DNA of 27,715 bases, from positions 1 to 27,715 of the forward strand of contig JAEOSK010000035.1 in the NCBI GenBank assembly GCA_016840405.1, written 5' to 3'. The stretch comes from Candidatus Hermodarchaeum yapensis (GTDB lineage: Archaea; Asgardarchaeota; Hermodarchaeia; Hermodarchaeales; Hermodarchaeaceae). A program made the translations under genes and the position numbers. Positions 16,889 to 25,182 of this stretch are shown here, one piece after another. Numbering within the stretch: the stretch's first letter is position 1; every line of letters starts with the position of its first letter. A model generated the notes under the pieces. The model searched no databases and had not been told where the DNA came from. It was given only the letters and a program-made list of their open reading frames with translations.

Positions 16889-17433
16889 TGTGGTCTAAGA
16901 TGTTTTAGTTGTCGAACCATCAATAGACCGATTACAGCTCCAAGGATGCCCAGGACAACGTCTCTGATTACCCCAAAAGTCCAAATAATTAGGATTATTT
17001 GCTGCGGGAAAAAGCCAACTAGGGTAAACACAGCCAAAGCGACAACCGACATTGTCATACTGGCAAAGAATGTCCCCATGATGGCTCGTATTGTGAATGA
17101 CCCGGATTCTGGTGACTTGACAATGTTCATGGCAATGTCAAAGATTAAACCATAGGCGAGCAGAGAGGGAAGAAGGTAAAATCGTACAGGTGAGGGTACA
17201 GTGAATTCGAGTATTAGCCCAGAAATTCCTCCCATCATAGTGCTATAGCCAAAGCCTGTTGTTAGCCCTGCAAGAACTACGAACAAAAGGGATCGAATGA
17301 TGAAGTTGTCTATGCCGTGTGTAATACTCCCAACTAGATAACTTGACAGGAAAGCATAGGCAACATATACTGCAGCTAAGATTGCGGTTAGGGCAATGCT
17401 TTGGGTGTTGGATTTCGTCTTTAGAGTTTTCAT
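16885..17433 (-). CDS. Membrane protein resembling an ECF transporter S component
   Basis: 182 aa with 5-6 TM helices, N-terminal TQSIALTAILAAVY, and LLAYGLIFD. Confidence 0.6.
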   Translation of the reverse strand: MKTLKTKSNTQSIALTAILAAVYVAYAFLSSYLVGSITHGIDNFIIRSLLFVVLAGLTTGFGYSTMMGGISGLILEFTVPSPVRFYLLPSLLAYGLIFDIAMNIVKSPESGSFTIRAIMGTFFASMTMSVVALAVFTLVGFFPQQIILIIWTFGVIRDVVLGILGAVIGLLMVRQLKHLRPQ

Positions 17434-17566
17434 TGTAATAACTCTTCATGGGTGACATCATTGACTCAGCAAAAAATCTGTTGGTATTATCATTGCTTTC
17501 CATTTGCAAATCTTTAAACGCCTGAATTCTGAGCAAGGCTTAGTAAATAATGGAGGAACTTCTAAA

Positions 17567-18082
17567 ATGGCAGATGAAGGAACATCTTCAACTTTGGTTA
17601 TTGTTGCAGCAGTTTTTCAATTGATCCTGTTATTTGTCTTTGCTGGACTTGCAGGATTATTTGCAATCGCTCTTCCTTTGCTTTCACTGATTCCCCCGTC
17701 TGAATTACCCCCTGGAATCTCATTTGCTGAGCTAGTTTTTGTTTCCCAGGCCCTGTTTGGCTACATGGCAATTGCCGCAGTCCTGTCATTACTCTTTACC
17801 ATTTTCTGGTTAATGTGGCGAGGTCAACCTAGCCAACATCGTGTCGGGCTTATCATCACAGGCATAATCGGTCTCATCCTAACTGGTGTTCTACCAGGAC
17901 TGTTAGCATTGATCGGTGGTGCTATCGCTAAGGAAGGCTATGAATCCCCTCCTGTGGCTCGTCCCGCTCCGAAAACTGCAGCACCTCCGGCTGAGGCAGC
18001 TACATACTGTCCATCCTGTGGCAATCCCATTGATCCACCAGGAGCACAGTTTTGTGGAGTCTGTGGAGCCGCAATAACCTAA
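17567..18082 (+). CDS. Membrane protein with C-terminal zinc ribbon
   Basis: TM helices, Pro/Ala linker, YCPSCGNPIDPPGAQFCGVCG. ATG 17567 follows GGAGG. Confidence 0.8.
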   Translation: MADEGTSSTLVIVAAVFQLILLFVFAGLAGLFAIALPLLSLIPPSELPPGISFAELVFVSQALFGYMAIAAVLSLLFTIFWLMWRGQPSQHRVGLIITGIIGLILTGVLPGLLALIGGAIAKEGYESPPVARPAPKTAAPPAEAATYCPSCGNPIDPPGAQFCGVCGAAIT

Positions 18083-18255
18083 TCGTTGAAAATCAATAAT
18101 TGCACTACGAACTACTGAACATACGGGCCTTCACCGTCCAGACGATGTTAGGTGAATTTAGAGTCTCATTGATGTTGGCCTTCTGGATTTTGCACACCAG
18201 AGGAGTAAGCCTCAAAAGGCATCAACACCAATAGATAACCCGATTTGGAGAATGA

Positions 18256-18648
18256 TTGACAATGTTACAATCGGATAACATTCGACAAGCAATCCGAGAA
18301 AAACTCGCCATCGATACAACACTTAAAACCCCCTCGGGTGCTGAATTTTCAGTGGAAGCGGTATCACCTGTACAGCTTGTCCTTCGCGTTGGAGAAAAGA
18401 AACTCCGTCTTACACTTCACCTCGATGCAGTTGATGATCTGGTCAAAGAGTTCAAATTTATCCCCCCTGGTGGGTGGCTCAGAATAGGCGCGGTTGCTAG
18501 CAATCCTCAACCAAATACTTTAGGAGCTATTGTTCGACCGCACACTTCTGGTGGGAGTTCAGCAAGTCAGTTTGCAGCAATACTTGAACACATTCAAGTG
18601 GCTGAAATTAACCCGAGTAGACCTGCAAGAATTCGCTTAACTGTCTAG
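18256..18648 (+). CDS. Hypothetical protein
   Basis: 130-aa ORF with globular alpha/beta composition and GGAG upstream; start could be ATG 18262. Confidence 0.7.
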   Translation: MTMLQSDNIRQAIREKLAIDTTLKTPSGAEFSVEAVSPVQLVLRVGEKKLRLTLHLDAVDDLVKEFKFIPPGGWLRIGAVASNPQPNTLGAIVRPHTSGGSSASQFAAILEHIQVAEINPSRPARIRLTV

Positions 18649-18865
18649 TCGATTCTAAACTTCTGAATATGCATTTGAGTCGAATTGAAGTCTGAACCAT
18701 TTCCGATGCTGAAGCGTATCGAGGGAGAGAGAATTCTGTGGATTTCAATCAAGTCCAGATACGCATTAGTATGTTTTCTATGTGAGAACCATCTCAAAAT
18801 TTTCACATAGCAAAGTTCTTATTTACTACAATTCGAAGAACCCCTACAAAGACGAACTGGAATGG

Positions 18866-19384
18866 ATGAAAATGACTGAAACCGAGAAACCAATGAAGGG
18901 AGACAAATGGAAGCAACGGGTCTATAATTGGTTAGCTGAAGAGGGTATGTTTCGTAAAGAAGTTGAAGATCCCAAGGCTGCCTACCACTTTGGTGTGAAC
19001 TACCCGGTCGGGTCTCCCTATCATATCGAGGTCATTAAGCCACGAGATATGAAAGATGGTATCCTCGTTGTTTCAGTTCTCCGGATTGCTCCCCCTCATG
19101 TAACGGCCCTAGCCAAGTTAACGGATGAGAAGCGGAAACCTCTCATCTATAATCTACGGCTTCAACTCCTTCAACGGCGTCCGGGATTCTCTGTGAAAGA
19201 GAAGGACGGGGTTTGGGATGCGGTTCAATTTCAGGCTCGTCTATTTTATGACAACCTGACCAAGTCTACGCTCATGGCTGCCCTTGACGACGTTTTCCGA
19301 GGTATACTCATCGTCATCTGGACATTCGGGCACCATTTTGGAATCCCCTCTGGTCAAAAGCAACAACCAGGTTTCTATACTTAA
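18866..19384 (+). CDS. DUF2299-like conserved archaeal protein
   Basis: RVYNWLAEEG...YHFGVNYP...IEVIKP...LFYDNLTKSTLM resembles the family pattern as I recall it. ATG 18866 or 18872. Confidence 0.65.
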   Translation: MKMTETEKPMKGDKWKQRVYNWLAEEGMFRKEVEDPKAAYHFGVNYPVGSPYHIEVIKPRDMKDGILVVSVLRIAPPHVTALAKLTDEKRKPLIYNLRLQLLQRRPGFSVKEKDGVWDAVQFQARLFYDNLTKSTLMAALDDVFRGILIVIWTFGHHFGIPSGQKQQPGFYT

Positions 19385-19463
19385 GACGTTGGCAAGACTG
19401 TTTTTATTCAACCTGAAAAACTTAAGAGCTTAGACTTAGATGGTAGAGCGAAGGTGACATCCT

Positions 19464-19793
19464 ATGACAAAACGTTGTGCCGCGTGTGATTATGAAAACG
19501 ATGACGATGCTGATTTCTGCGCTCGATGCGGCGCCCATTTGGAGGCTGCAGAACCTAAACCGGCTGTGATTGAAAAAGAGGACAAAGACTGCTACGGATC
19601 TGAAGAAGACGAGTGTTTCGGGCTCCCCCATGGAGGGGCAATTTGTGGAATTATTATCGGTATAGTAATCATCCTTTGGGCTGGCGGGTTAATATTTGGT
19701 TGGAATCTTTTCGATTTCTTCTGGCCATTTATTCTCGTAATCATTGGCGTGTTGATTGTTGCCGGAGCAATTTATGCAATGCGCCAGAGATGA
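19464..19793 (+). CDS. Zinc-ribbon protein with ECFG motif and LiaI/LiaF-like TM hairpin
   Basis: CAAC...NDDDADFCARCG, EEDECFGLPHGGAI, FWPFILVIIG. GGTGA RBS. Confidence 0.8.
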   Translation: MTKRCAACDYENDDDADFCARCGAHLEAAEPKPAVIEKEDKDCYGSEEDECFGLPHGGAICGIIIGIVIILWAGGLIFGWNLFDFFWPFILVIIGVLIVAGAIYAMRQR

Positions 19794-19806
19794 GCGAAAC
19801 TCTTTA

Positions 19807-20550
19807 TTATGCTTCTGAATAGGGACATTCGGGTCTATTACATCGACTACAGATGAGTCGGTGTGATCGCCGAGACATAACTATCCGGGTAAAGATCCAA
19901 TAGAGAATTAACAAGAGTGAGTAGATCGCCAGAATAAGGCTATTTGTGAGTTGAGTCAGGCTAGTCAAGAGAAGGAATGATCCGACAACAAATAGACTAT
20001 TGATAATAAATCGGATGATTCCGCGATTTAGTTTTAGCAGTTGGTAGAGGGGATGCTGTAATAATCCAATGGTAACGAATATGAATCCAAGCCAGAACGT
20101 GGCTTCTGGATAGACGATTGGGAAGCTGAGGAAGAAAAACAAGATGGTTCCGATGATTGCAATTATTGCTCCCGTGACTAGTCCGTTACATCCTGCACAG
20201 TAATGTGAACCCTTGATAGTGATAACATGACCCGAATAATGATTACAGGTGGGGTGATGGCCTTCTTTTCGTATACTCTTGATCTGAGTTGAGTTGGTTT
20301 GCTCTACAATCTCTTTTTGACTCTGTTTTTTCTTTTTCCGTGTGAGTGAGCAGTGTGAAGGTGAAATTCCCGCAATAATTCCCAGAATGCAGATAATCAT
20401 GAAAGCGAATCCAATGAGTTGTGTTTGCCAAGGAAGCACGACGACCGGAGGGGGTGGATTGAGTAACATTAGTGATAAAAGAACAAGCCCTAGAAGTGAT
20501 AGAATTAGAGAAATCACTGAAAATTGAGAACTATGTCTTCGGTTCGTCAT
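19807..20550 (-). CDS. Cys/His-rich multi-pass membrane protein
   Basis: About 6 TM helices; SPSHC, GHHPTCNHYSGH, YCAGC and C-terminal CSRC...CP. ATGA overlap with the upstream radical SAM gene. Confidence 0.8.
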   Translation of the reverse strand: MTNRRHSSQFSVISLILSLLGLVLLSLMLLNPPPPVVVLPWQTQLIGFAFMIICILGIIAGISPSHCSLTRKKKKQSQKEIVEQTNSTQIKSIRKEGHHPTCNHYSGHVITIKGSHYCAGCNGLVTGAIIAIIGTILFFFLSFPIVYPEATFWLGFIFVTIGLLQHPLYQLLKLNRGIIRFIINSLFVVGSFLLLTSLTQLTNSLILAIYSLLLILYWIFTRIVMSRRSHRLICSRCNRPECPYSEA

Positions 20551-21965
20551 AATCGGAACAATCCTTTCAGGGTGCCTAGAAAACCCTTGAGCATCATATG
20601 TTGATAGTAGGCTCGCTTTACTTTATTGCGGGCAAAGATTCCGAAGATTCGCCGTCGCCACCCGTAATATGACCTGTAAGTTGCAAAGAGCTCGGTTTGA
20701 ACCTCCTCACGAGTCAGGTGCTCTGTGGGAATAATTGCGTTGACCATATCAAAACGTTTCCATCGTGGATCTTCAATCCAGCCGTTTTCCAAGGCTTTCT
20801 TGTACATGGGTTGACCCGGGTATGGTGTCATCGTCATAAACACGGCAATATCTGGGTCAACCTCTTTGATCCATTCACGAAATGCTTCGAGTGATTCATG
20901 AGAATCTTGTCGGTGACCAATGATGGCTGTTGTTTGGGCAAGGATTTCGTGTTCTTTTAGCAACTGAATCGCTTCCTTGCCCATTTCGATATCAATTCCT
21001 TTTCGATACTCCTTGAGCCGTTGGGGGTCGTGGCTTTCTAATCCGGTCATAATCCACTGTAACCCTGTCTCACGTAACTTTGGGAGAAGTTCCTTTCCAG
21101 AGATAATTTCATCCGCGCGGGTCTGAAAGAACCACATTAAATCTTCGGTGATTTCCCGCTCAAGTAACTCGTCACATAGGGTTTCCATCCAATCATCTAA
21201 TTGAACATAATCGTCGGTGAGCCATAGAAACCGACTACCAAACTCGTTGTATAAGTACTCAAACTCATCCGCAACACGTTGTGGCGATTTCTTTCTGCAC
21301 TTCCCCCAATACCGCCATTGACCACAAAACGAACACGAATGATTACACCCACGTCCTCCCTCAACCAAAGCATACGGCAAATCCTTTCCTGCAGGAAAAC
21401 AGTACTTCTTCATGTGATCCTTAACAAAATGATAGCCAGGAAACGGCAAGGTATCTAAATCCCGAATCAAGGCTCGATTAGCGTTGTGAGTGATTTTACC
21501 TCCCTGGCGAAAAGATAATCCTTTCACATTACTCAGGGTCGACCCCGATTTCAAGGCACGGACTAGTTCGACTAAGGTGACTTCTCCTTCTCCTCTTATT
21601 ATGAAATCTAGTTGGGGGAACGCTGCCAATGTGCCCTGCGCGAGCGCTGAGAAGTGCTGCCCTCCAGCCACTGTCCAAATCTCATCGTCGATTTGTTTGG
21701 CAAGAGTAGCAACCTGTATAGTGATGTTGGCATTGCATGTAGAAACTGTGCTCGGAGCAACTAAATCTGGTTGAAAGGTTTCAATACGTTTTGTCACATC
21801 TTCCCATTTTGCTTCTTCAGCTTGGCAATCCATCACCTGAATCTCAGCGTCTGGGTAATGTGCTTCAAGGTATCCCGCCAAACACAGAAGTCCTAACGGA
21901 GGGGGAATATACTCTCCCATAATAAACCAGGGATCCTTTGGTGGCTCAACAAAGAGAATTTTCAC
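20547..21965 (-). CDS. Cobalamin-binding radical SAM enzyme
   Basis: PPLGLLCLAGYL, GGQHFS, DFIIRGEGE, GRGCNHSCSFC (CxxxCxxC), GLES, TPYPG. GTG 21965 gives MKILFVEPP. Confidence 0.9.
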   Translation of the reverse strand: MKILFVEPPKDPWFIMGEYIPPPLGLLCLAGYLEAHYPDAEIQVMDCQAEEAKWEDVTKRIETFQPDLVAPSTVSTCNANITIQVATLAKQIDDEIWTVAGGQHFSALAQGTLAAFPQLDFIIRGEGEVTLVELVRALKSGSTLSNVKGLSFRQGGKITHNANRALIRDLDTLPFPGYHFVKDHMKKYCFPAGKDLPYALVEGGRGCNHSCSFCGQWRYWGKCRKKSPQRVADEFEYLYNEFGSRFLWLTDDYVQLDDWMETLCDELLEREITEDLMWFFQTRADEIISGKELLPKLRETGLQWIMTGLESHDPQRLKEYRKGIDIEMGKEAIQLLKEHEILAQTTAIIGHRQDSHESLEAFREWIKEVDPDIAVFMTMTPYPGQPMYKKALENGWIEDPRWKRFDMVNAIIPTEHLTREEVQTELFATYRSYYGWRRRIFGIFARNKVKRAYYQHMMLKGFLGTLKGLFRL

Positions 21966-22052
21966 AAATCCACATTCCAACGAAATGTGAATGCGCTATC
22001 TTCTGCTTGACGATTTAATCCTTATGTCTTTTCAGCATCGAACTATGAAAAG

Positions 22053-22188
22053 TGGAGGGGACCGGAGTTATGGTGATTCAGACACTTCCGAAAAAGGACA
22101 CAATTGGAGGGGAGAGGGAATGGTTTCTAGGGGAGAGGAAGTGCCTAAATATTCGCCACTCCGGCGGGGTTTGTTTTCCCGGGTCCCC
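22053..22188 (-). ncRNA. Candidate structured non-coding RNA or 5' leader (~136 nt)
   Basis: Terminal stem GGGGACC/GGUCCCC followed by UCCA; 14-bp helix AUUUAGGCACUUCC/GGAAGUGUCUGAAU; 47-nt pyrimidine-rich loop; upstream TTTTAATA (22219-22212); downstream U4. Confidence 0.55.
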
Positions 22189-22314
22189 ATGTAGACCCTT
22201 ACGAATTCACTTATTAAAACTTCTTATTGTCCAATTTCTTTCTTTGATGATTTTTGGGGTTTCCCCAAAGTCTTAAGAAGAGAAGGCACGCTACTGCTGG
22301 GTGAGGTGTTCCTC

Positions 22315-22662
22315 ATGGTGTATTGCCAGAAATGTGGATCAGAAAACGTTGACACAGCAGATTTCTGTAAGAAATGTGGAACTGCTCTCGCCCCGAGGAA
22401 AGATTTCGAAAAGCGTGCGAGCGCTTGGGGGCGTAGGGTCGGTGAACGTGCTGAAGAGGAATGTTTTGGTGTCACCGGAGGAGGAGCCATCTTTGGCATC
22501 ATTTTTGGTGTAATCATTATCGGGCTTGGATATTCTCTTGTCTTGGGAATACAATTGTGGATGTTGATTGGTCCCATTGTAGCACTTATCATTGGGATTC
22601 TCATTATCGTCTGTGCATTCAATTCAATTCGGAGGAAGCGTTCCCTAAGGGGACAGGAGTGA
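22315..22662 (+). CDS. Zinc-ribbon protein with ECFG motif and two TM helices (paralog of 19464..19793)
   Basis: MVYCQKCGSENVDTADFCKKCG, EEECFGVTGGGAIFGIIFG. GAGGTG RBS. Confidence 0.8.
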   Translation: MVYCQKCGSENVDTADFCKKCGTALAPRKDFEKRASAWGRRVGERAEEECFGVTGGGAIFGIIFGVIIIGLGYSLVLGIQLWMLIGPIVALIIGILIIVCAFNSIRRKRSLRGQE

Positions 22663-22687
22663 TAAGAATAATACCGCGGAGGTTTTT

Positions 22688-23167
22688 ATGTTGTCAAGAA
22701 AAATTGATGAAGGACCAGATATTTTGGGCGCAGTCACTTTTGGCTTAATCATAATCCTACTAGCAATCATCTATATTATTCATCCGAGCTTTCTTTCCCA
22801 ACTCATCGCATTAGTCACAGATATTGTTTGGCAAGAAGTGGTTCCTGGATTCTGGTGGTGGATACCTGCAACCCCCTCAGCCCATATCGAATTCTACACA
22901 ATACTCTACCAGTTATTCATTGGGATTGTAATCATCAATATCATTGTGCTCATCCTACGTGTGATTTTCAGCGATTCCTATCGTCGTCAAATCGAGTCCG
23001 TTGGCGGAATCATTTTCGCTGCGGGTGTCACTTGGGCTTCATGGAACCTACTGAGCCCTCCCTATGCCTGGACTGTTTTTACCGGCTATTTCATCGTCTT
23101 CGCTGGTGTGAGTCTCATTATTTCCAGTCTTGGCTACTGGGTTATTCGAACCCGTGGGTCTAAGTAG
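22688..23167 (+). CDS. Hypothetical membrane protein (about 4 TM)
   Basis: 159-aa hydrophobic ORF with GGAGG RBS, 25 bp after the preceding gene. Confidence 0.75.
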   Translation: MLSRKIDEGPDILGAVTFGLIIILLAIIYIIHPSFLSQLIALVTDIVWQEVVPGFWWWIPATPSAHIEFYTILYQLFIGIVIINIIVLILRVIFSDSYRRQIESVGGIIFAAGVTWASWNLLSPPYAWTVFTGYFIVFAGVSLIISSLGYWVIRTRGSK

Positions 23168-23283
23168 TGATTTCCGTTGTGCCACAAGCATTCGCTTTTC
23201 TAATCACACTAGCGAATACTTTCAGGTAGGACACAGAGAGTGGAAATTAGACTCATGAAGTAGAAAAGATGGGCTCTGTTTTT

Positions 23284-25182
23284 TTATTTCTTCTTCTTAA
23301 GAACCTGGTCTGGTGGTGTAGTCTGCACCGGAGCTTTCCCTAGTTCTTCATGGGCAATACGTAAAGCCTCTTCAGATATTTCTTCAGCCGTTTGATGGGC
23401 GTAATAGGTGTCATAAATTGCTTTGTAACGTCCACCAAGCGCAAGAAGCTCATTGTGTGTCCCCTGCTCAACCAATTCTCCATGTTCAAAAACCAATACC
23501 CTGGATGCATTTGCAATTGTCGTTAATCGGTGGGCAATCACAACGGTCGTGCGATTCGCAAACAGTTTCTCTTGAGCTGCCTGTACCAAGGATTCTGAGT
23601 AGGCATCCAATCGGCTCGTTGCTTCATCCAAGATTAGAATCTTAGGGTCTGCAAGCATAGTCCGAGCAATCGAAATCATTTGCACTTGTCCAACACTCAG
23701 GTTCTTTCCCCCCTCGCTTAACATCGTACCATAGCCTTCTGGTAAAACCTCAATGAAATCATGGGCTCCAATAAGACGAGAAAGTTCTATGATCTCTTCA
23801 TCTGTGGCATCGGGTCGACCATATCGAATATTCTCCAATACGGTATCATCGAACAAATAGGGTTCTTGGGCAATCAATGCGACCGTGTCATGTAATGATT
23901 CCAAAGTCACATCCCGAATATCCTGGTTTCCAATCAGAATACGCCCTTCTTGAGGGTCGTAAAACCGATTGATGAGTGCTGCAATAGTTGTTTTACCCGC
24001 CCCAGTGTGACCCACTATAGCTACAAGCTCTCCTGGTTGCACTTCGAAGGTTGCGTCCTTGAGAACCTCTGTGTCTTCGATGTAGGCAAAGCTTACTTGG
24101 TCAAAGGTGATACCATCGCTTGTAGGTTTGAGTGCTGTCGCATTTATCCTATCAGTTATGGTGGGCTCGGCTTCAAGAACATCCATGAGTCGATCCATTG
24201 AGCTGAGGGCTGCTTGGAACTGTGTTACCATCATACTCAATGCAAGTAGAGGCCACAAAAATCGTTGAATCAAAATAATTCCCAAAAAGACTTCACCAAT
24301 GGTGAGTAATGGAGCGGTTCCCACAGCTAAACTGCCAGCTACGAAGAGTACTGCAGCGGTGGCAGCGATACCTGTTGCACGGACTAGGGGTTGCATCAAA
24401 GTCATGAGCATCATAAACCGGAATCCATGGCGATAGGATTCCTGATTTAATTCTCCTAAAATGTTTGCAGTTTCATCTTCACGGTTGAAGGCTTTAGCGA
24501 CATGTATTCCGCTGAGGTTTTCAGCGATTTGCCCTGAAACAAAGCCAGTTGCACGCTGAGCGGCTAGCATCGTATGTTGTCCGACGGTTCCGAAAAGGAT
24601 GACAATAAGGATAACTACTGGTACAACGACTAACGATGTCAGTGCAACAGCTGGTGCCACTAACCACATGATGATACTTGTCGCGATGAGAAGTAACAGC
24701 TGACTGCTGATGTCAATAACAATCTGGACGCCTTGAGCGAGATTATCCGTATCCGTAGTTACTCGAGAAGTAATGTCACCACTCTGTTTTGCTCGAAAAT
24801 AGGAAAAATCTGCTCCAATAAGTTTTTTATAGACATCCTGCTGGAGGGACCGGACGAAACCTGCCTGAGCCCCAGACAGAATCCAAGTATAAAGTGAGCC
24901 TAGAATCCAACTAATGACTCGGAAAATCACATACAGTGCCCCTAAATAGATTACACCAAGAATTGTGCTTCCTGGTGTGAGCACCAAGTCAATTCCCAAA
25001 GCTAGTATCACAGGATCAATCGCTCGAAATACGGTAGCGATTATCGTAAAAACAGAAGCAATCGCTATTAACTTCTTGAATCGTCCGAGATACCCAAACA
25101 TGGATCCCCATAGCACACGAATAGAACGACTTCGTTTACGTCTTTCACCGGCTAGGGCTGTTGGACCTCGACGAATCGCCAT
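23284..25182 (-). CDS. Heterodimeric ABC exporter subunit (TMD+NBD) carrying the consensus catalytic residues
   Basis: GHTGAGKT, LILDE, AHR switch, degenerate signature LSVGQ. Confidence 0.93.
   Translation of the reverse strand: MAIRRGPTALAGERRKRSRSIRVLWGSMFGYLGRFKKLIAIASVFTIIATVFRAIDPVILALGIDLVLTPGSTILGVIYLGALYVIFRVISWILGSLYTWILSGAQAGFVRSLQQDVYKKLIGADFSYFRAKQSGDITSRVTTDTDNLAQGVQIVIDISSQLLLLIATSIIMWLVAPAVALTSLVVVPVVILIVILFGTVGQHTMLAAQRATGFVSGQIAENLSGIHVAKAFNREDETANILGELNQESYRHGFRFMMLMTLMQPLVRATGIAATAAVLFVAGSLAVGTAPLLTIGEVFLGIILIQRFLWPLLALSMMVTQFQAALSSMDRLMDVLEAEPTITDRINATALKPTSDGITFDQVSFAYIEDTEVLKDATFEVQPGELVAIVGHTGAGKTTIAALINRFYDPQEGRILIGNQDIRDVTLESLHDTVALIAQEPYLFDDTVLENIRYGRPDATDEEIIELSRLIGAHDFIEVLPEGYGTMLSEGGKNLSVGQVQMISIARTMLADPKILILDEATSRLDAYSESLVQAAQEKLFANRTTVVIAHRLTTIANASRVLVFEHGELVEQGTHNELLALGGRYKAIYDTYYAHQTAEEISEEALRIAHEELGKAPVQTTPPDQVLKKKK

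Noticed and set aside
16847-17155. ORF MKQEAAYFQGAVVH... as a tnpB gene
   Set aside because: Only the first 14 codons resemble a TnpB tail. The rest is antisense to the membrane gene, there are no RuvC motifs, and an in-frame TGA lies upstream.
22053-22188. Canonical tRNA, cobalamin riboswitch, RNase P or 5S rRNA
   Set aside because: No D-arm, anticodon arm or properly placed TTCRA T-arm; no ordered B12-box motifs on the strand of the B12 enzyme; too short for RNase P; no 5S consensus. Kept as an unassigned RNA candidate.
23153-23165. Second target for the omega-RNA guide (GGTCTAAG match)
   Set aside because: Only an 8-nt match, which is expected by chance.
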